NCBI RefSeq assembly: GCF_009914755.1
Contig: NC_060925.1
DNA length: 64,000 nt
From: the human T2T-CHM13v2.0 reference genome, Homo sapiens
Direction: 5' to 3' (one strand)
The position numbers and the translations under genes are program-made. The notes beneath the pieces were generated by a model. The model was not told the DNA's origin. It saw nothing but the letters and a program-made list of their open reading frames with translations, and ran no database searches. Positions 40,591-55,462 of the stretch are shown here, one piece after another (within the stretch, counting starts at the first letter, position 1; the number at the start of each line of letters is the position of its first letter).

Positions 40591-41732
40591 AGCCTTGGCT
40601 GCCCGGAGGGCTTCTTCCAAGCCCTTATTTCTAGGCTGGCGTGGGGCTGCCACTGAGAGTAGCACCAGGGCTAAAGATGTTCATCCACTCACTGCAGCTG
40701 CACTTCCCGGGTGCCTCCTACATGCCAGGCCTGCGCCAGGCTAAGGGATGTATAGGCGGTGGAGCTGCTGCCAGGACCCCCCCGCCCAGGTGGGCAGGCT
40801 GATGGGTGGTGGAGAACTCTGATCGTGACTCAGGGGGGTGGGGAGGACGCACTCAGGGCTCTGTGGCACCCAGAGGAGGATGCCTTGCCCAGTGAGAGGG
40901 CCAGGAGCCCCCGCCCAGGCAGATCCTAAGCAGTGATTGGCCAGGGCCGTGGACAGGGAGACTGGGATGGGGAGAAAGGGCCAGGCTCCCGGGATGAGGG
41001 CAGCTTCGGGCAAAACCCAGGACAGGGTGGTTTGCGTGGAGGTCACTGGGGAGCGTTACGGGCAGGGCTGGGAAAGGCGAGACTGAGCGGGAGAGAGGGG
41101 CCTTGTAGGAACCTGGCCCCGAGGTCTGGATCTCAGGAAGCCCAGTGGGGCCCGTGGGTGGGGGGTCCGAGAGGGCAACATGGGCCCCCGTTTGGAGAAG
41201 AACAGAGAGTGAAGCCAGAAGCAACGTGTTCACCACGGACCCAAGCTGGCAGGAGGTGGTCTGAGGGGCCAGGAGGGCCCCAAGGCCGTGGCAGCAGGAA
41301 GCCAGGTGGACGGCCCTGGACAGGGAGTGAGCAAGGGCAGGCCCAGCAGCACCAGGTTCCCTGGAGGGGCCTGGTGCTCCCTGGAGACTTCTGGGTGGGC
41401 CAGGAAAGAGCCCGCCAGTCCCTCCTTGTGAGAAGTCAGGACAGGAGCCGGAGGCTCTCGACAGGGGCCGGGGTTTCAGCGTCTGGGAGGGGAGAAGGGG
41501 CCGAGGGTTGGGCGTGGACTGGAGTAGGGGCAGGGCTGGGCAGGCTGAGTCAGGCCCAGGCAGGGCAAGGGTAGCAGCCTGGAGCCCCTGTTCCCGTGCC
41601 CCACAGCCGCCTGAGTGGGCGCCCTGGGAGAGAGAGCAGCTTTGCTCAATGTGAAGCCGAACCCCCTTGGCTCTCCCTGCACCCACTGACTGGGCGGGTG
41701 CCTCCCGGTGGCACCTCTGCCACCACCCTCAC

Positions 41733-41890
41733 CTCTTCTGGGCCTCCAGCTCCTGGCGCCGGCGCTGGTGGACAAGGTGCCTGAATGCATCCCTGCCCTG
41801 GGCCAGAATCGCCTTCTTCTCAGCCTGGACCCTCTGCTCCGCCAGCTCTGCCTTGGCACGGTCCCATGCTTGGAACTTCCGCAGTGTGTC
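41733..41890 (-). CDS. CFAP74: CFAP74 coding exon 9 (158 nt, c.889-1046)
   Basis: ttccaag|GACACA...AAGAG|gtgagg; DTLRKFQAWDRAKAELAEQRV...ELEAQK. Confidence 0.93.
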
Positions 41891-41934
41891 CTTGGAAACA
41901 GAGAGCACTGAGATGACAGCAGCAGCACCCACGG

Positions 41935-42532
41935 GCACATGCACACGCTCACACCTGCACATGTGCACACACAGGTTCATACATGCACACGTGCACACAC
42001 GTGCACACACACATGCACACCTGCACATGCACACATCACACATGCACACCTGCACACACGTGCACACACACACGCACACCTGCACATGCACACATCACAC
42101 ATGCACACCTGCACACACGTGCACACACATGCTCACACACGCACACCTGCACACACTCATACATGCACACCTGCACACGTGTGCACACACATGCTCACAC
42201 GTGCACACACATGCTCGCACATGCACACCTGGACACACATGCACACCTGCACACACGTGCACAGACGTGCTTACATGCACACCTGCACACATACGCGTGC
42301 ACGCCTGCACACACATGCACACACTCACGCATGCACACACATGCAAACCTGCACACACGTGCACATACACGCTCACACATGCACACCTGCAGACACTTGC
42401 ACACCTGCACACACGTGCACACACATGCACACCTGCACACACACGGTCACACATGCACACACGTGCACACACGGTCACACATGCACACATGCACACACAC
42501 ATGCAAACGTGCACACACACATGCTCACACAC
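41935..42532. repeat. CA-rich minisatellite (CACACATGCACACCTG-type)
   Basis: Visible tandem units starting ~45 bp from the acceptor of coding exon 9. Confidence 0.93.
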
Positions 42533-43053
42533 TGGGCCGTTGAACAGATGTCCTTAAACCAATGTTGACGCCTGCAGATCCTGTGAGAGACCACTGGCAA
42601 ACTGTCCGCACATCCCAAGCGTGGGGCTGGGTGTCCCTGCACGTCACCTGCCCGCCTCTGCTCCTCACCTCTGAGCCTTTGCAGATGCTGTTCCCACTCT
42701 TCCCTCCATTTTCCCAGCCTGAATCCCCAGCCTTGGCCCCAGGGCATGGCCTCGAGGCACCCAGGCCCTCCATGTGTCTCATGAGGACGCCACTGCTTCC
42801 CCAACAAGACCAGGCCCCATGGGAGCAGGGCTGGGGTGCCTGCTCCTGCCTGACTCCAGTGCCTGGCCCTGACCCACACGGAACCCGTGGGCAAATCTGT
42901 GGCACAGGCTCGGGAAGCCTCCAGGGGTCACCAAGTGCGCGGGTCAGCCCTGGACGCCAGAGGACACGGGCCTGGCTCCCAAGGAGCAGGGGCCCAGGGA
43001 CGGACCCCGGCAGGGCGCCAAGGGAGAGGCTGGGTGGGGCTGCGGGGGCCTAC

Positions 43054-43156
43054 CCGGTTCGCGGAGATGCTGCCCTTCAGCGCCACCACCGCATCCATGC
43101 GTCGCCTCATGTACTCGTGGCACTCCATCTCCTCCTTCTTCTCTTGCTCTCGGATT
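43054..43156 (-). CDS. CFAP74: CFAP74 coding exon 8 (103 nt, c.786-888)
   Basis: cctcag|AATCCG...ACCGG|gtaggc; [35 protein letters not shown]. Confidence 0.93.
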
Positions 43157-43175
43157 CTGAGGAAGGACATTTAAA

Positions 43176-43930
43176 CATTTTTGAGGCTCTGTCGCCCAGG
43201 CTGGTGTGCAGTGGTGCGATCACAGCTCTCTGCAGCCTCGACCTCCCAGGCTCAAGTGATCCTCCTGTCTCAGCCTCCCAAAGCGCTGGGATCACAGGCA
43301 TGCACCACCACAAACGGCCACATTTTTAACCGAGGAAGTGACACAGCGATGCCGTGTGGGGTGTTAATTACAGGAGCCTCGGTGCTATCATTTCCACCAG
43401 GAATGTGATTAATGGTGAGAACACAAGAGGTGGGATGGGCAAAAGGTGCTGGCGCAGAGGCCGGGCCATGACGACATGGTGGGAACATGCCCTGGAGGGC
43501 CAGGCCACGAGGACATGGCGGGAACACGCCCAGCGCATCTCAAGGGCCTCTTCTGAAAAGAAACAGTACCTCAGCACTAAAAATACACACTTATTGGTTT
43601 TTGATGATAAGGTGGTGATTCAATAATAAAATCAGGAGGCTGGGTGCAGTGGCTCACGCCTGTAATCCCGGCACTTTGGGAGGCTGAGGCGGGCAGATCA
43701 CCTGAGGTCAGGAGTTCAAGACCAGCCTGGTCAACATGGTGAAACCCCATCTCTACTAAAAATACAAAAATTAGCCGGGCATGGTGGCGCGTGCCTGTAA
43801 TCCCAGCTACTCAGGAGGCTCAGGCAGGAGAATCGCTTGAACCCGGGAGGCGGAGCAGTGAGCCGAGATCGCGCCACGGCACCCCAGCCTGGGCGACAGA
43901 GCAAGGCTCCATCTTAAATAAATAAATAAT
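43176..43930. mobile_element. Minus Alu monomer (FRAM-like, ~43176-43319) and plus AluSx-like element (~43637-43930)
   Basis: Alu consensus; TSD aataataaaatcagg flanks the second element. Confidence 0.85.
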
Positions 43931-44010
43931 AAAATCAGGGCATTTCAAGACAAAAGCAAGTGACCCGTATTCTTGGGTTTCTCCTTAAGGACGTCGAAGG
44001 GAGGCCCTAC

Positions 44011-44121
44011 CTTCCCAGGGAGGCCTTCAGGAACCGCACGGCAACCTTGTGGTTCTTCCGGGCGTCCTCCAGCAGCTTCTGGTGCCTGAGCCCGAGCTCC
44101 TTCTGGGTGTTCAGGGACTTC
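44011..44121 (-). CDS. CFAP74: CFAP74 coding exon 7 (111 nt, c.675-785)
   Basis: ccacag|GAAGTC...GGAAG|gtaggg; RKSLNTQKELGLRHQKLLEDARKNHKVAVRFLKASLG. Confidence 0.93.
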
Positions 44122-45098
44122 CTGTGGGGATATGGGGCCGTCAGAGGGAAACTCGGCATCACACGTCCCATCTGCCCCCAAGCCCTGCACGGCTGGAGCT
44201 CGTGTCCCAGAGACGCCGTGGGCCCTTTCGCTCAGCTCTGTCCCGCACAGCCTCCCTTGGGGAGGAGCGAGGGTCCCTGGAGAGCTGATGCCGTGGGCCA
44301 CACAGATGTCAAACTCTCCACGCTACTGGGGCTCCAGTGCCAGGGAGCCACCAAAGGCAAGGTTTGATCCCAGCTGGGCAGGGGTCTGGGAAGAGGACGG
44401 TGCAGGCACAGCAGTGCTGTGGGGAGGGAGGAGGCAGGGGCTGGGGACCTTGTGTCTGCAGCCAGGGCCTGGATTCCACAGGGGTTTGTGGCCTGGGCAG
44501 CTGAAGGGAAGGAATGAGATGGGGGAGGGGATGGAGGCCAGAAGGGGGTCCCGAGGAGAGAGGCTCACGGCAGGTTGGGACAGCTGGCCTGATGGCCTGT
44601 GGAGCACTTGGGGACTGGCCTAGTAGGTGGCCGGGCCCTGGCTGAGCAGGAGACTCATGACAGAAGACGTGTGGGGAATGGGCCTGAGTGCTCCACAGCC
44701 ACGCAGGTGGGGGCCGTGGGAGGGGTGCAAAGGAGCAGCCAGAGGTGGGGATGGAGCCCAGAGAATGGCCTGGCTGGGAAGAGGAAGGGGCTGCCGGAGG
44801 GAAAGGGGAGGGGCAGTCTTGCTGGAGCGTGGCTTTAGTAGCCAGCTTTAGCGGCTGTATGGTGGCTGCGGCATCTTGGGAGGGCTGGGGCTCTGGGCAG
44901 GTGCAGGGGAGTGCCTGACACTTGGGAAGGACTCAAGGGCCCGGTGGAGGAGCAAGCTGGGAGGAGGCAGGGAGGGGTGGAGGTGGATCTGGACAGATGT
45001 GGAGGGCGAGGCTGAATCTGGAGACCCCTGGGGGAGAGGGCGGAGGGGCTGGCAGAAGCTGCTGGGAAGGGATGGAGGTGGGCCTGGGTGTCGCCTAC

Positions 45099-45272
45099 CT
45101 GATCCTCAGCAGTCGGTTCCGCTCCACCTTCCCCAGGGCCTCCTGCTCTCTGCAGAGCTGCTCGGCTGCGCGCACCTGGAGCCGCCGCCCCGTGGCCTCC
45201 ACCTCCTCACGGTCAGCTGTCCGGAAGGCCTCGAGTCGCCCCTCCTGGATCTCGATGTGCCACATGGTGTTC
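45099..45272 (-). CDS. CFAP74: CFAP74 coding exon 6 (174 nt, c.501-674)
   Basis: tttgaag|GAACAC...ATCAG|gtaggc; ENTMWHIEIQEGRLEAF...RNRLLRI. Confidence 0.93.
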
Positions 45273-46984
45273 CTTCAAACAAGAGGCAAAGCAGCTGGAG
45301 ACGGGCCCCACAGTCATCCTGGGGTGGGGGTTTCGGCATTGAGTTCTGACAAATCCTCCAGGCAGATGTTGAACACCCCAGATGGGTTAGCTCCCTCCTC
45401 TAGGGGCCATCTCCGCTCTGAGTCACCCAGACACTGAGGCCCGCCCTGCCTGCCTCCAACCTCAGGAAAATCACTATGGGTTCAATCCAGCCCGGCTAGA
45501 GCCTGGCCTGCACTCCCGCGTGCCACCTGCCGGCCTGAGGCTGTGTCCGTTGGCTGCGGTGGGCCTGGGGCAGGCCCTGCCCAGCCTGAGGAAGGCCTTC
45601 AGGAAGGGACAGCCGTGACTCTTTGGCTGGGCTGGAGGATCCCTGGTGCAAATTGACCGGCACCCAAGACCACCCCTCAGTCTTCAAATGTGCCTGGGGT
45701 GGGGGCTATGGAGCGTGGAGTCAGCCAGCCCTGCCCGGGGCCACATGTCCTGGATGACAGGGGACCTGCCTGACCCCTGGTCTTGGGCGAATTTGTCCTC
45801 GACTGTGAGTGTGGCGTCTGTGGTGGCCCCAGATGACACAGTGCCCCTTGGTTCTTGGCACAACTCAGGGAAATTTCCGGTGAATCTTTAGTTGGAGGAG
45901 TGCGTGTGCTGTGGAGGCTCAGGCTGGGAAAGTTCCTTCTGAGGATGTGGACAGTGTCCTTCTAACAGCGGCCAGGTGAGAGCCGCTGGAGAGGCGGCCT
46001 GGAAAGAGACACCTGGTGGAGGGATGCAAGGAGCCGCTCCTGGAGACTGCGAACGGTTCCACCCAGAGATGCGGCTCAGGCCGGGGCTGGCCACGCGAGG
46101 ATCAGAACCCTGGACAAGGTCAGACGCAGGCGTTGAGCCGGCATCCTCACTGCATTGCTGACATTCCACGTGACGTGTGCCACAGCTCTGTCCTAGACAC
46201 CCGCGATCATGTTCATTTCCACTTCGTCTTTCGTTAAAAGCTTTTCCTGTGGAGCCGAGTCCAGTCTCTCTCCCCACTGCAACACCCGGGGCAGGGGTCC
46301 CACCGCCTTGGCCCTCCGTGAATAAAGTCTGCTTTACATCTTTTTGAAAAAATCATGAACATATGTTGAATTGAGATACTCAATGGTTTTCTCTTTTAAC
46401 GTGTTAATGTCAAGGATTTCTAACGTTGAGCCTTTTTCGGGGCTCCTAGGATATAAACTCCAACTTGGCAAGGGAGGTGTGTCTGCGTGTCTCACACGTG
46501 GCTGGATTTCAATGTTGAATGTTTGATTTGGGGTTTTCTGATTTGCCTCCTGAGATCGGGTTCTACTTTCCCTCTCTCGTACGCCCACTTGGTTTTGGCA
46601 TCGAGGTTGTGTCACTGCATTTTAGAAACTGGGCATACCATGTTCTTTGTTGGGGTAATTTTAAACAGAGGGCTCCTTTCCAGGGAGCATGGGTCACTTC
46701 GGATCTCTGGCTGGTGTCCTGTCATGCAGCACGTTCATTGCTCCCCAAGTCTGGGGGACTCCGCGGAGCTTCCACGGGCGGGTTATTTCTATTCCTCCCT
46801 CGCGTGACTCATGAAATTCTTTAATCTGAGGATTCATGCTCCCATCAATTCTGGAAAACGCTCAGTCATTGTTCTGCTGGCTGTCACTTCCCCTGCCCGG
46901 TGATCAGTGCTCCAGTGGCCGTGGGAGCTAACAGCCTGCAGGGTCTCTTAGTAAAGAGGCAAGACGCTGTCCCAGATGCTGTCG

Positions 46985-48342
<1,358 letters not shown>

Positions 48343-48914
48343 GAGGCTGATTGGGAAAGATTGGGATTTTGAGAATGGGAGGGAGGACATTTGAGGGTAT
48401 CTGCACACATCTGAGCGAGTGCCCCAAACCGCCAAGCCCCTCTGCATATCCGTCCACAGGGAAGCAGCCTTCCCCTCCCTCGAAGGCAGGCTCTGCTGCC
48501 TGGGGGCCCCGTAACACCTCCCTGAGGGGCTGCCAGAGCTCCTCATGACCCCCTTGCCATCCTCTCTGGCCCAGATGCTCCCAGGGGCAAGAACAAAGTC
48601 TGAACTGAACTGAGAGGAGAAGGATCCCAGAGGAGAAGAATGTAGCCAATCTACACAGCAGGACGTGGGGGAAGGTGTGTGGGAATGAATTCCAACCCTG
48701 CCAGACCGCAGAGGGAAGAGCCTGTCCGAGGCTGGCCTGGGCATCTGATGTGGACATGCCACCAGCTCACCCACCCACTGCAGGCGGCTCCCATCACAAA
48801 CTCAGCTGATCGAGGAAACCTGGACCCAAGAGAGACCTACACTGCAGAAAGCTAGATGCCAGAAAGTCATGCAGAAGGAATCCAAATGTTTGGAGAGACA
48901 ACCCGTTGGAAAGT

Positions 48915-49220
48915 TTGTTGTTGCTGTTGTTGAGATGGTGTCTCGCTCTGTGGCCCAGGCTGGAGTGCAGTGGCGCAGTCTCAGCTCACTGCATCCTTGA
49001 CCTCCTGGGCTTGCTTAATCAATCCTCCCACCTCAGCCTGTAATCTTGAGTAGCTGGGATTACAGGTGCACGCCACCACACCCAGCTAAGTTTGGTATTT
49101 TTTGTACAGATGGGGTTTCACCATGTTCCCAGGCTGATCTCAAACTCCGGGGCTCAAGCGATCTGCCCACCTTGGCCTCCCAAAGTGTTGGGATTACAGG
49201 CGTGAGCCACTGCATCCAGC
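48915..49220 (-). mobile_element. AluJ-like element
   Basis: Alu reverse consensus with a (TTG)n tail. Confidence 0.85.
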
Positions 49221-49559
49221 TGTTGGTGAGTGTGACAGTGAGTGTGACCACATATAGAAGACATGTTCTTCATTATGGCTCCAGTGAGGAGAGTCCTGTG
49301 CCCTTTGAAAGCACCGAGGGGCACTCCGGACTGCGCGGGGGCCTGGCAGGGATGTTGCCTTTGAGGGGCTCCCTGTTGCCTTGGGGCGATGCTGGACCTG
49401 GGAGGGGTGGTGGAGCCCTGGGGTGCTGCTAGGCCTGGGAGGGAGCCGGGCTGGTTCCTCGGTGGGCAGCAGGGCAGCGTGTCTCAGCGGGGATGGGTGG
49501 AAGGGGTTTGGGGCGGTGGTTAATTGATTTTGGGGTCCCTAGGGCTGAAGTAGATGGGG

Positions 49560-49875
49560 ACCCCACTCAAGTCCAGTTTATCTGAAGAGCCAGTGTGGTC
49601 AGTCGCAGAGGTGATGATGAAGGTTGGAGGCTGGACAGATGGGACCTGGCTGGTTTTGAAGATGGAGGAGGAACGCAGGCAGCTTTGGAGCTGGAAAAGG
49701 CGAGGACATGGATTCTCCTCGGAGGCTTCCGTGGGGAACCAGCCCTGCCCACACCTTGACTTTAGCCCAGTGGGACCCGTGTTGGGCCAATGACCTCTAG
49801 AACTGCAAGCTCATAAATCCGCGTCCTGCTGAGCTGTTAGGTTTGTGGATTTGTCACTGCAGCGATGGGATACGG
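49560..49875 (+). mobile_element. MLT1-like LTR remnant
   Basis: ggaaccagccctgcccacaccttgactttagcccagtg...tgacctctagaactg. Confidence 0.75.
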
Positions 49876-49972
49876 GTGCAGTCAGGGAAGCCTCAGAGCA
49901 GGCCGGGACACAGCACCAGCGCCCTGCCGTGGGTCCCATGTGGCCAAGCGGGGTGCACACAAAGCCTCTTCT

Positions 49973-51018
49973 TCGTGCTGAGCTGGGCGTGGGAAGGCAT
50001 CATGTGACGAGGCTGCACAGAACACGTGTGTCGTGCTGAGCTGGGCGTGGGAAGGCGTCACGTGACGAGGCTGCACAGAACACGTGTGTCGTGCTGAGCT
50101 GGGCGTGGGAAGGCGTCATGTGACGAGGCTGCACAGAACATGCGTGTGGTACTGAGCTGGGCGTGGGAAGGTGTCACGTGACAAGGCTGCACAGAACATG
50201 TGTGTGGTACTGAGCTGGGCGTGGGAAGGCATCATGTGACAAGGCTGCACAGAACACGTGTGTCGTGCTGAGCTGGGCGTGGGAAGGCGTCATGTGACGA
50301 GGCTGCACAGAACACGTGTGTCGTGCTGAGCTGGGCGTGGGAAGGCGTCATGTGACGAGGCTGCACAGAACACGTGTGTCGTGCTGAGCTGGGCGTGGGA
50401 AGGCATCATGTGACAAGGCTGCACAGAACATGCGTGTGGTACTGAGCTGGGCGTGGGAAGGCGTCACGTGACAAGGCTGTGCAGAACACGCGTGTGGTAC
50501 TGAGCTGGGCGTGGGAAGGCGTCACGTGATGAAGCTGCACAGAACACGCGTGTGGTACTGAGCTGGGCGTGGGAAGGCGTCACGTGACGAAGCTGCGCAG
50601 AACACGCGTGTGGTACTGAGCTGGGCGTGGGAAGGTGTCACGTGACGAGGCTGCGCAGAACATGCGTGTGGTACTGAGCTGGGTGTGGGAAGGCATCACG
50701 TGACGAGGCTGCGCAGAACACGTGTGTCGTGCTGAGCTGGGCGTGGGAAGGTGTCGCGTGACGAGGCTGCGCAGAACACGCATGTCATGCTGAGCTGGGT
50801 GTGGGAAGGCGTCACGTGACGAGGCTGTGCAGAACACGCGTGTGGTACTGACCTGGGTGTGGGAAGGCGTCACATGACGAAGCTGCGCAGAACACGCGTG
50901 TGGTACTGACCTGGGTGTGGGAAGGCGTCACATGACGAAGCTGCGCAGAACACACGTGTCGTGCTGAGCTGGGCATGGGAAGGTGTCACGTGACGAGGCT
51001 GCGCAGAACACGCGTGTG
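49973..51018. repeat. Minisatellite, 58 bp x ~18
   Basis: Unit GTGCTGAGCTGGGCGTGGGAAGGCGTCA(C/T)GTGACGAGGCTGCACAGAACACGTGTGTC. Confidence 0.97.
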
Positions 51019-51121
51019 ATCGCTCACGGCCTGCCTCCCACCACCGAAGCAGCCTCCACCAGGCAGGGCTCTGCTGCTTCATTCATGGGAGAGGCCCAAA
51101 GGCTTCGGACGGCGTCTGGCA

Positions 51122-51570
51122 CGCAGTGGGCACCCTCTTACCGCGTGGGGAGGACGGGTGAACGAGAGTGTATCTAAGCCACCGGCACAGATCGCAGTGG
51201 GCGCCCTCTTACCGCGTGGGGAGGACGGGTGAACGAGAGACTGTATCTAAGCCACCGGCACAGATCGCAGTGGGCGCCCTCTTACCGCGTGGGGAGGACG
51301 GGTGAACGAGAGACTGTATCTAAGCCACCGGCACAGATCGCAGTGGGCGCCCTCTTACCGCGTGGGGAGGACGGGTGAACGAGAGACTGTATCTAAGCCA
51401 CCGGCACAGATCGCAGTGGGCGCCCTCTTACCGCGTGGGGAGGACGGGTGAACGAGAGACTGTATCTAAGCCACCGGCACAGATCGCAGTGGGCGCCCTC
51501 TTACCGTGTGGGGAGGACGGGTGAACGAGAGACTGTATCTAAGCCACCGGCACAGATCGCAGTGGGCGCC
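51122..51570. repeat. Minisatellite, 73 bp x ~6, near-identical copies
   Basis: Unit CGCAGTGGGCGCCCTCTTACCGCGTGGGGAGGACGGGTGAACGAGAGACTGTATCTAAGCCACCGGCACAGAT. Confidence 0.97.
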
Positions 51571-52467
51571 TCACAGCAGCCCCCGGGCACAGGGATGGGA
51601 CCTGCGCAGGCGCTGAGGACCGGGAGGTGGTGTGAGCGGGCAGGGTCGTCTCTAGGGCCTTCTTTGGGGGTTCCTGGGACCTGCTGGCCAGGAAATGCCC
51701 GTGAGTCCACAGACGCTTCTGCCAGCCCATGGCCCCTTGCGTGCAGAGATGCTGGTCCTGGGAGAGCTGCGGGTGAGACACATGCAGCATCCCGTCTCCA
51801 AGATGATTCCAAGGACCCTCGGCTGTTCATGCCTGAAGCCCCTCCACGGGGTCTCTCTCGGGCTGGCCTGAACACCCCAAGCCCAACCCCCTGCCCAGAC
51901 CACGACCCTCAGAAACCGAGACCCTCAGAAACCGAGACCATCACGCCTGCTGCCTTAGGCGGCTAAGGGCTGGGGCGGCCTGTTCTGTGGCTGCGGATGA
52001 CGCGCATGGTGTGGCAGCAGGGACACGTGCTGGGGAAGGTTCAGGTGCTGTTTCCAGAACGCGGTTTGGGTCCCGAAGCAGCGGCCAGCCTCGTGGCCGC
52101 CACCTGTCCCAGAGCCACAACGGAGGCCTCCCGGGACCGACGCTGGAAGCGGGGACCACGCTCTCCAAGCTGCCCCTCGCACACACCCGTGCTATTTCGT
52201 TTCTGTGCTCTCTCCGTTGGGCTCTACCGCTGGAAGCCCCCGTTCCAGAGGGAGGAGGCCTTGCAGAGACCCTGCAACAATCCCACTGAGTGGAAGCTGA
52301 AGCTGCACCCAGCCGTCCAGTGCCCCTGTGCCCGCAGTGCCCAGAGACGACAAAAGGAGTCACCACATTGGCCACGGAGACCTTGACTGCGAGAGGGAGG
52401 GGGCGCTGCCTCCAACGGGACCCAGCGGGAAAGCGCCTGGAACCCGGGGACCCTCGGGGGCTGGCAC

Positions 52468-53585
52468 AGCCAGCCGCGGACAGACACGGGGGCACGCAGG
52501 ACACCCAGCCGCGGACAGACACGGGGGCACGCAGGACACCCAGCCGCGGTCACACGCGGGGGCACGCAGGACACCCAACCACGGACAGACATGGGGGCAC
52601 GCAGGACACACAGCCGCGGACAGACACGGGGGGCACACAGGACACCCAGCCGTGGACAGACACGGGGACACGCAGGACACACAGCCGCGGACAGACACGG
52701 GGGCACGCAGGACACACAGCCGCGGACAGACACAGGGGCACGCAGGACACCCAGCCGCGGACAGACACGGGGGCACGCAGGACACCCAGCCGCGGACAGA
52801 CACGGGGGCACGCAGGACACCCAGCCGCGGTCACACGCGGGGGCACGCAGGACACCCAGCCGCGGTCACACGCGGGGGCACGCAGGACACCCAACCGCGG
52901 ACAGACACGGGGGCACGCAGGACACCCAGCCGCGGACAGACACGGGGGCACGCAGGACACCCAGCCGCGGACAGACACGGGGGCACGCAGGACACCCAGC
53001 CGCGGACAGACACGGGGGCACGCAGGACACACAGCCGCGGACAGACACGGGGGCACGCAGGACACACAGCCGCGGACAGACACGGGGGCACGCAGGACAC
53101 ACAGCCGCGGACAGACACGGGGGGCACGCAGGACACCCAGCCGTGGACAGACACGGGGACACGCAGGACACCCAGCCGTGGTCACATGCGGGGACACGCA
53201 GGACACCCAGCCGTGGTCACATGCGGGGACACGCAGGACACCCAGCCACGGACAGACACGGTGACACACAGGACACCCAGCCACGGACAGACACGGGGAC
53301 ACACAGGACACCCAGCCACGGACAGACACGGGGACACGCAGGACACCCAGCCGTGGTCACACGCGGGGACACGCAGGACACCCAGCCGTGGTCACACGCG
53401 GGGACACGCAGGACACCCAGCCGTGGTCACACGCGGGGACACGCAGGACACCCAGCCGTGGTCACACGCGGGGACACGCAGGACACCCAGCCGTGGTCAC
53501 ACGCGGGGACATGCAGGAGTCCCAGCTGTGGTCACACGCAGGGACATGCAGGACACCCCGCCAGGGACAGACACGGGGACACGCA
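52468..53585. repeat. Minisatellite, 35 bp x ~32, CpG-rich
   Basis: Unit CCAGCCGCGGACAGACACGGGGGCACGCAGGACAC, with a GTCACACGCG variant. Confidence 0.97.
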
Positions 53586-54557
53586 TATGCATGAGCCCCA
53601 TGCCTCAGGCTGTGCCCAGGAGCTCCATCGGAGCACCCTGCAAACATCTGCTGGAGTGAAGTCCTAGAAAATTTAACACTGGGTGGAGAGCAGACCAGAG
53701 GTTGCCTGGTGGGGTGGGGCTACCCACTGAAGATATGCAGGGAACGTTCCAGATGCTTTGTACTGCATGCAAATTAGACCCAGATAAAGCTGACTTAAAG
53801 GAAAGTCCACGGGCAGTCCGGCAGCAGCCGGGCCCACAGGAGGAGGGCGGCAGGTGGGCTCCGGGCGCTCGGGGCCGCCTGCGGGTAGGGATGGGGCAAC
53901 TACCTGCCCGAAATGAGGGTGGTGGGAGGCAGGGTTCACACCATCAGAGAAGGGGGTGAAATAGACCTGTGGCTTTGGTTGCAATTGGAATTACAGATGT
54001 GAACGGGTGGTTTTCAATACAGGCAGGCAGAGCTGCGTGCGTTTCCCACCTCTGTCTACTGACGGTTAAGGGTCTGGGTCCAGGCAAGGGCAGGGAAGAA
54101 GAAGGGAACCTGAGCCTCTCACTGTGCCCGAAAACGCCCACAGAGCGGCAGACACGAACGCAGGATGCGGAAGGATGCCACCGCCAAACGCAAGGCGGCT
54201 GGAGCACCCAGACCAATCCTGATGGGCCGGATCATACCCGCAGGGACACAGCACCCCCAGCCTACACGGAGAGCGATCACGGAGGGGGAACGCTCCCCTA
54301 ACGGTGGAAAGCCAACTAATAGGAAGGGATGGTGCAACTGGAAACTCACCCCTTAGAAGCCATCACAGCAGGAATGAATTCTGGCAAGAAACACGGAGGG
54401 ATGCCAGCGCTCGTGTGAAAGGGGACACGGAGCGGGATTTCCCAGCCTCAAAGCTTCTGCCCACAAGCTACGCATCAGTTTCCAAGGGAACGGTGTCGCT
54501 GCACTGAAGAAGCCAGCGGCCCCACAGTGGGGCTGGCAGCCATCACGTGTCCCATGA

Positions 54558-55462
<905 letters not shown>

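Noticed and set aside
51189-51207. Possible CTCF motif in the 73-bp unit (ATCGCAGTGGGCGCCC)
   Set aside because: It lacks the conserved CC at the 5' end of the core and mismatches the AGRKGGC pattern, so it is too weak without ChIP data.
49973-51570. CRISPR-like regular repeat arrays
   Set aside because: Head-to-tail units without unique spacers, no cas genes, and a primate genomic context
52224-53667. ORFs of up to 443 aa on both strands
   Set aside because: They result from a stop-free 35-bp minisatellite. The translations are periodic and there is no supporting exon structure.
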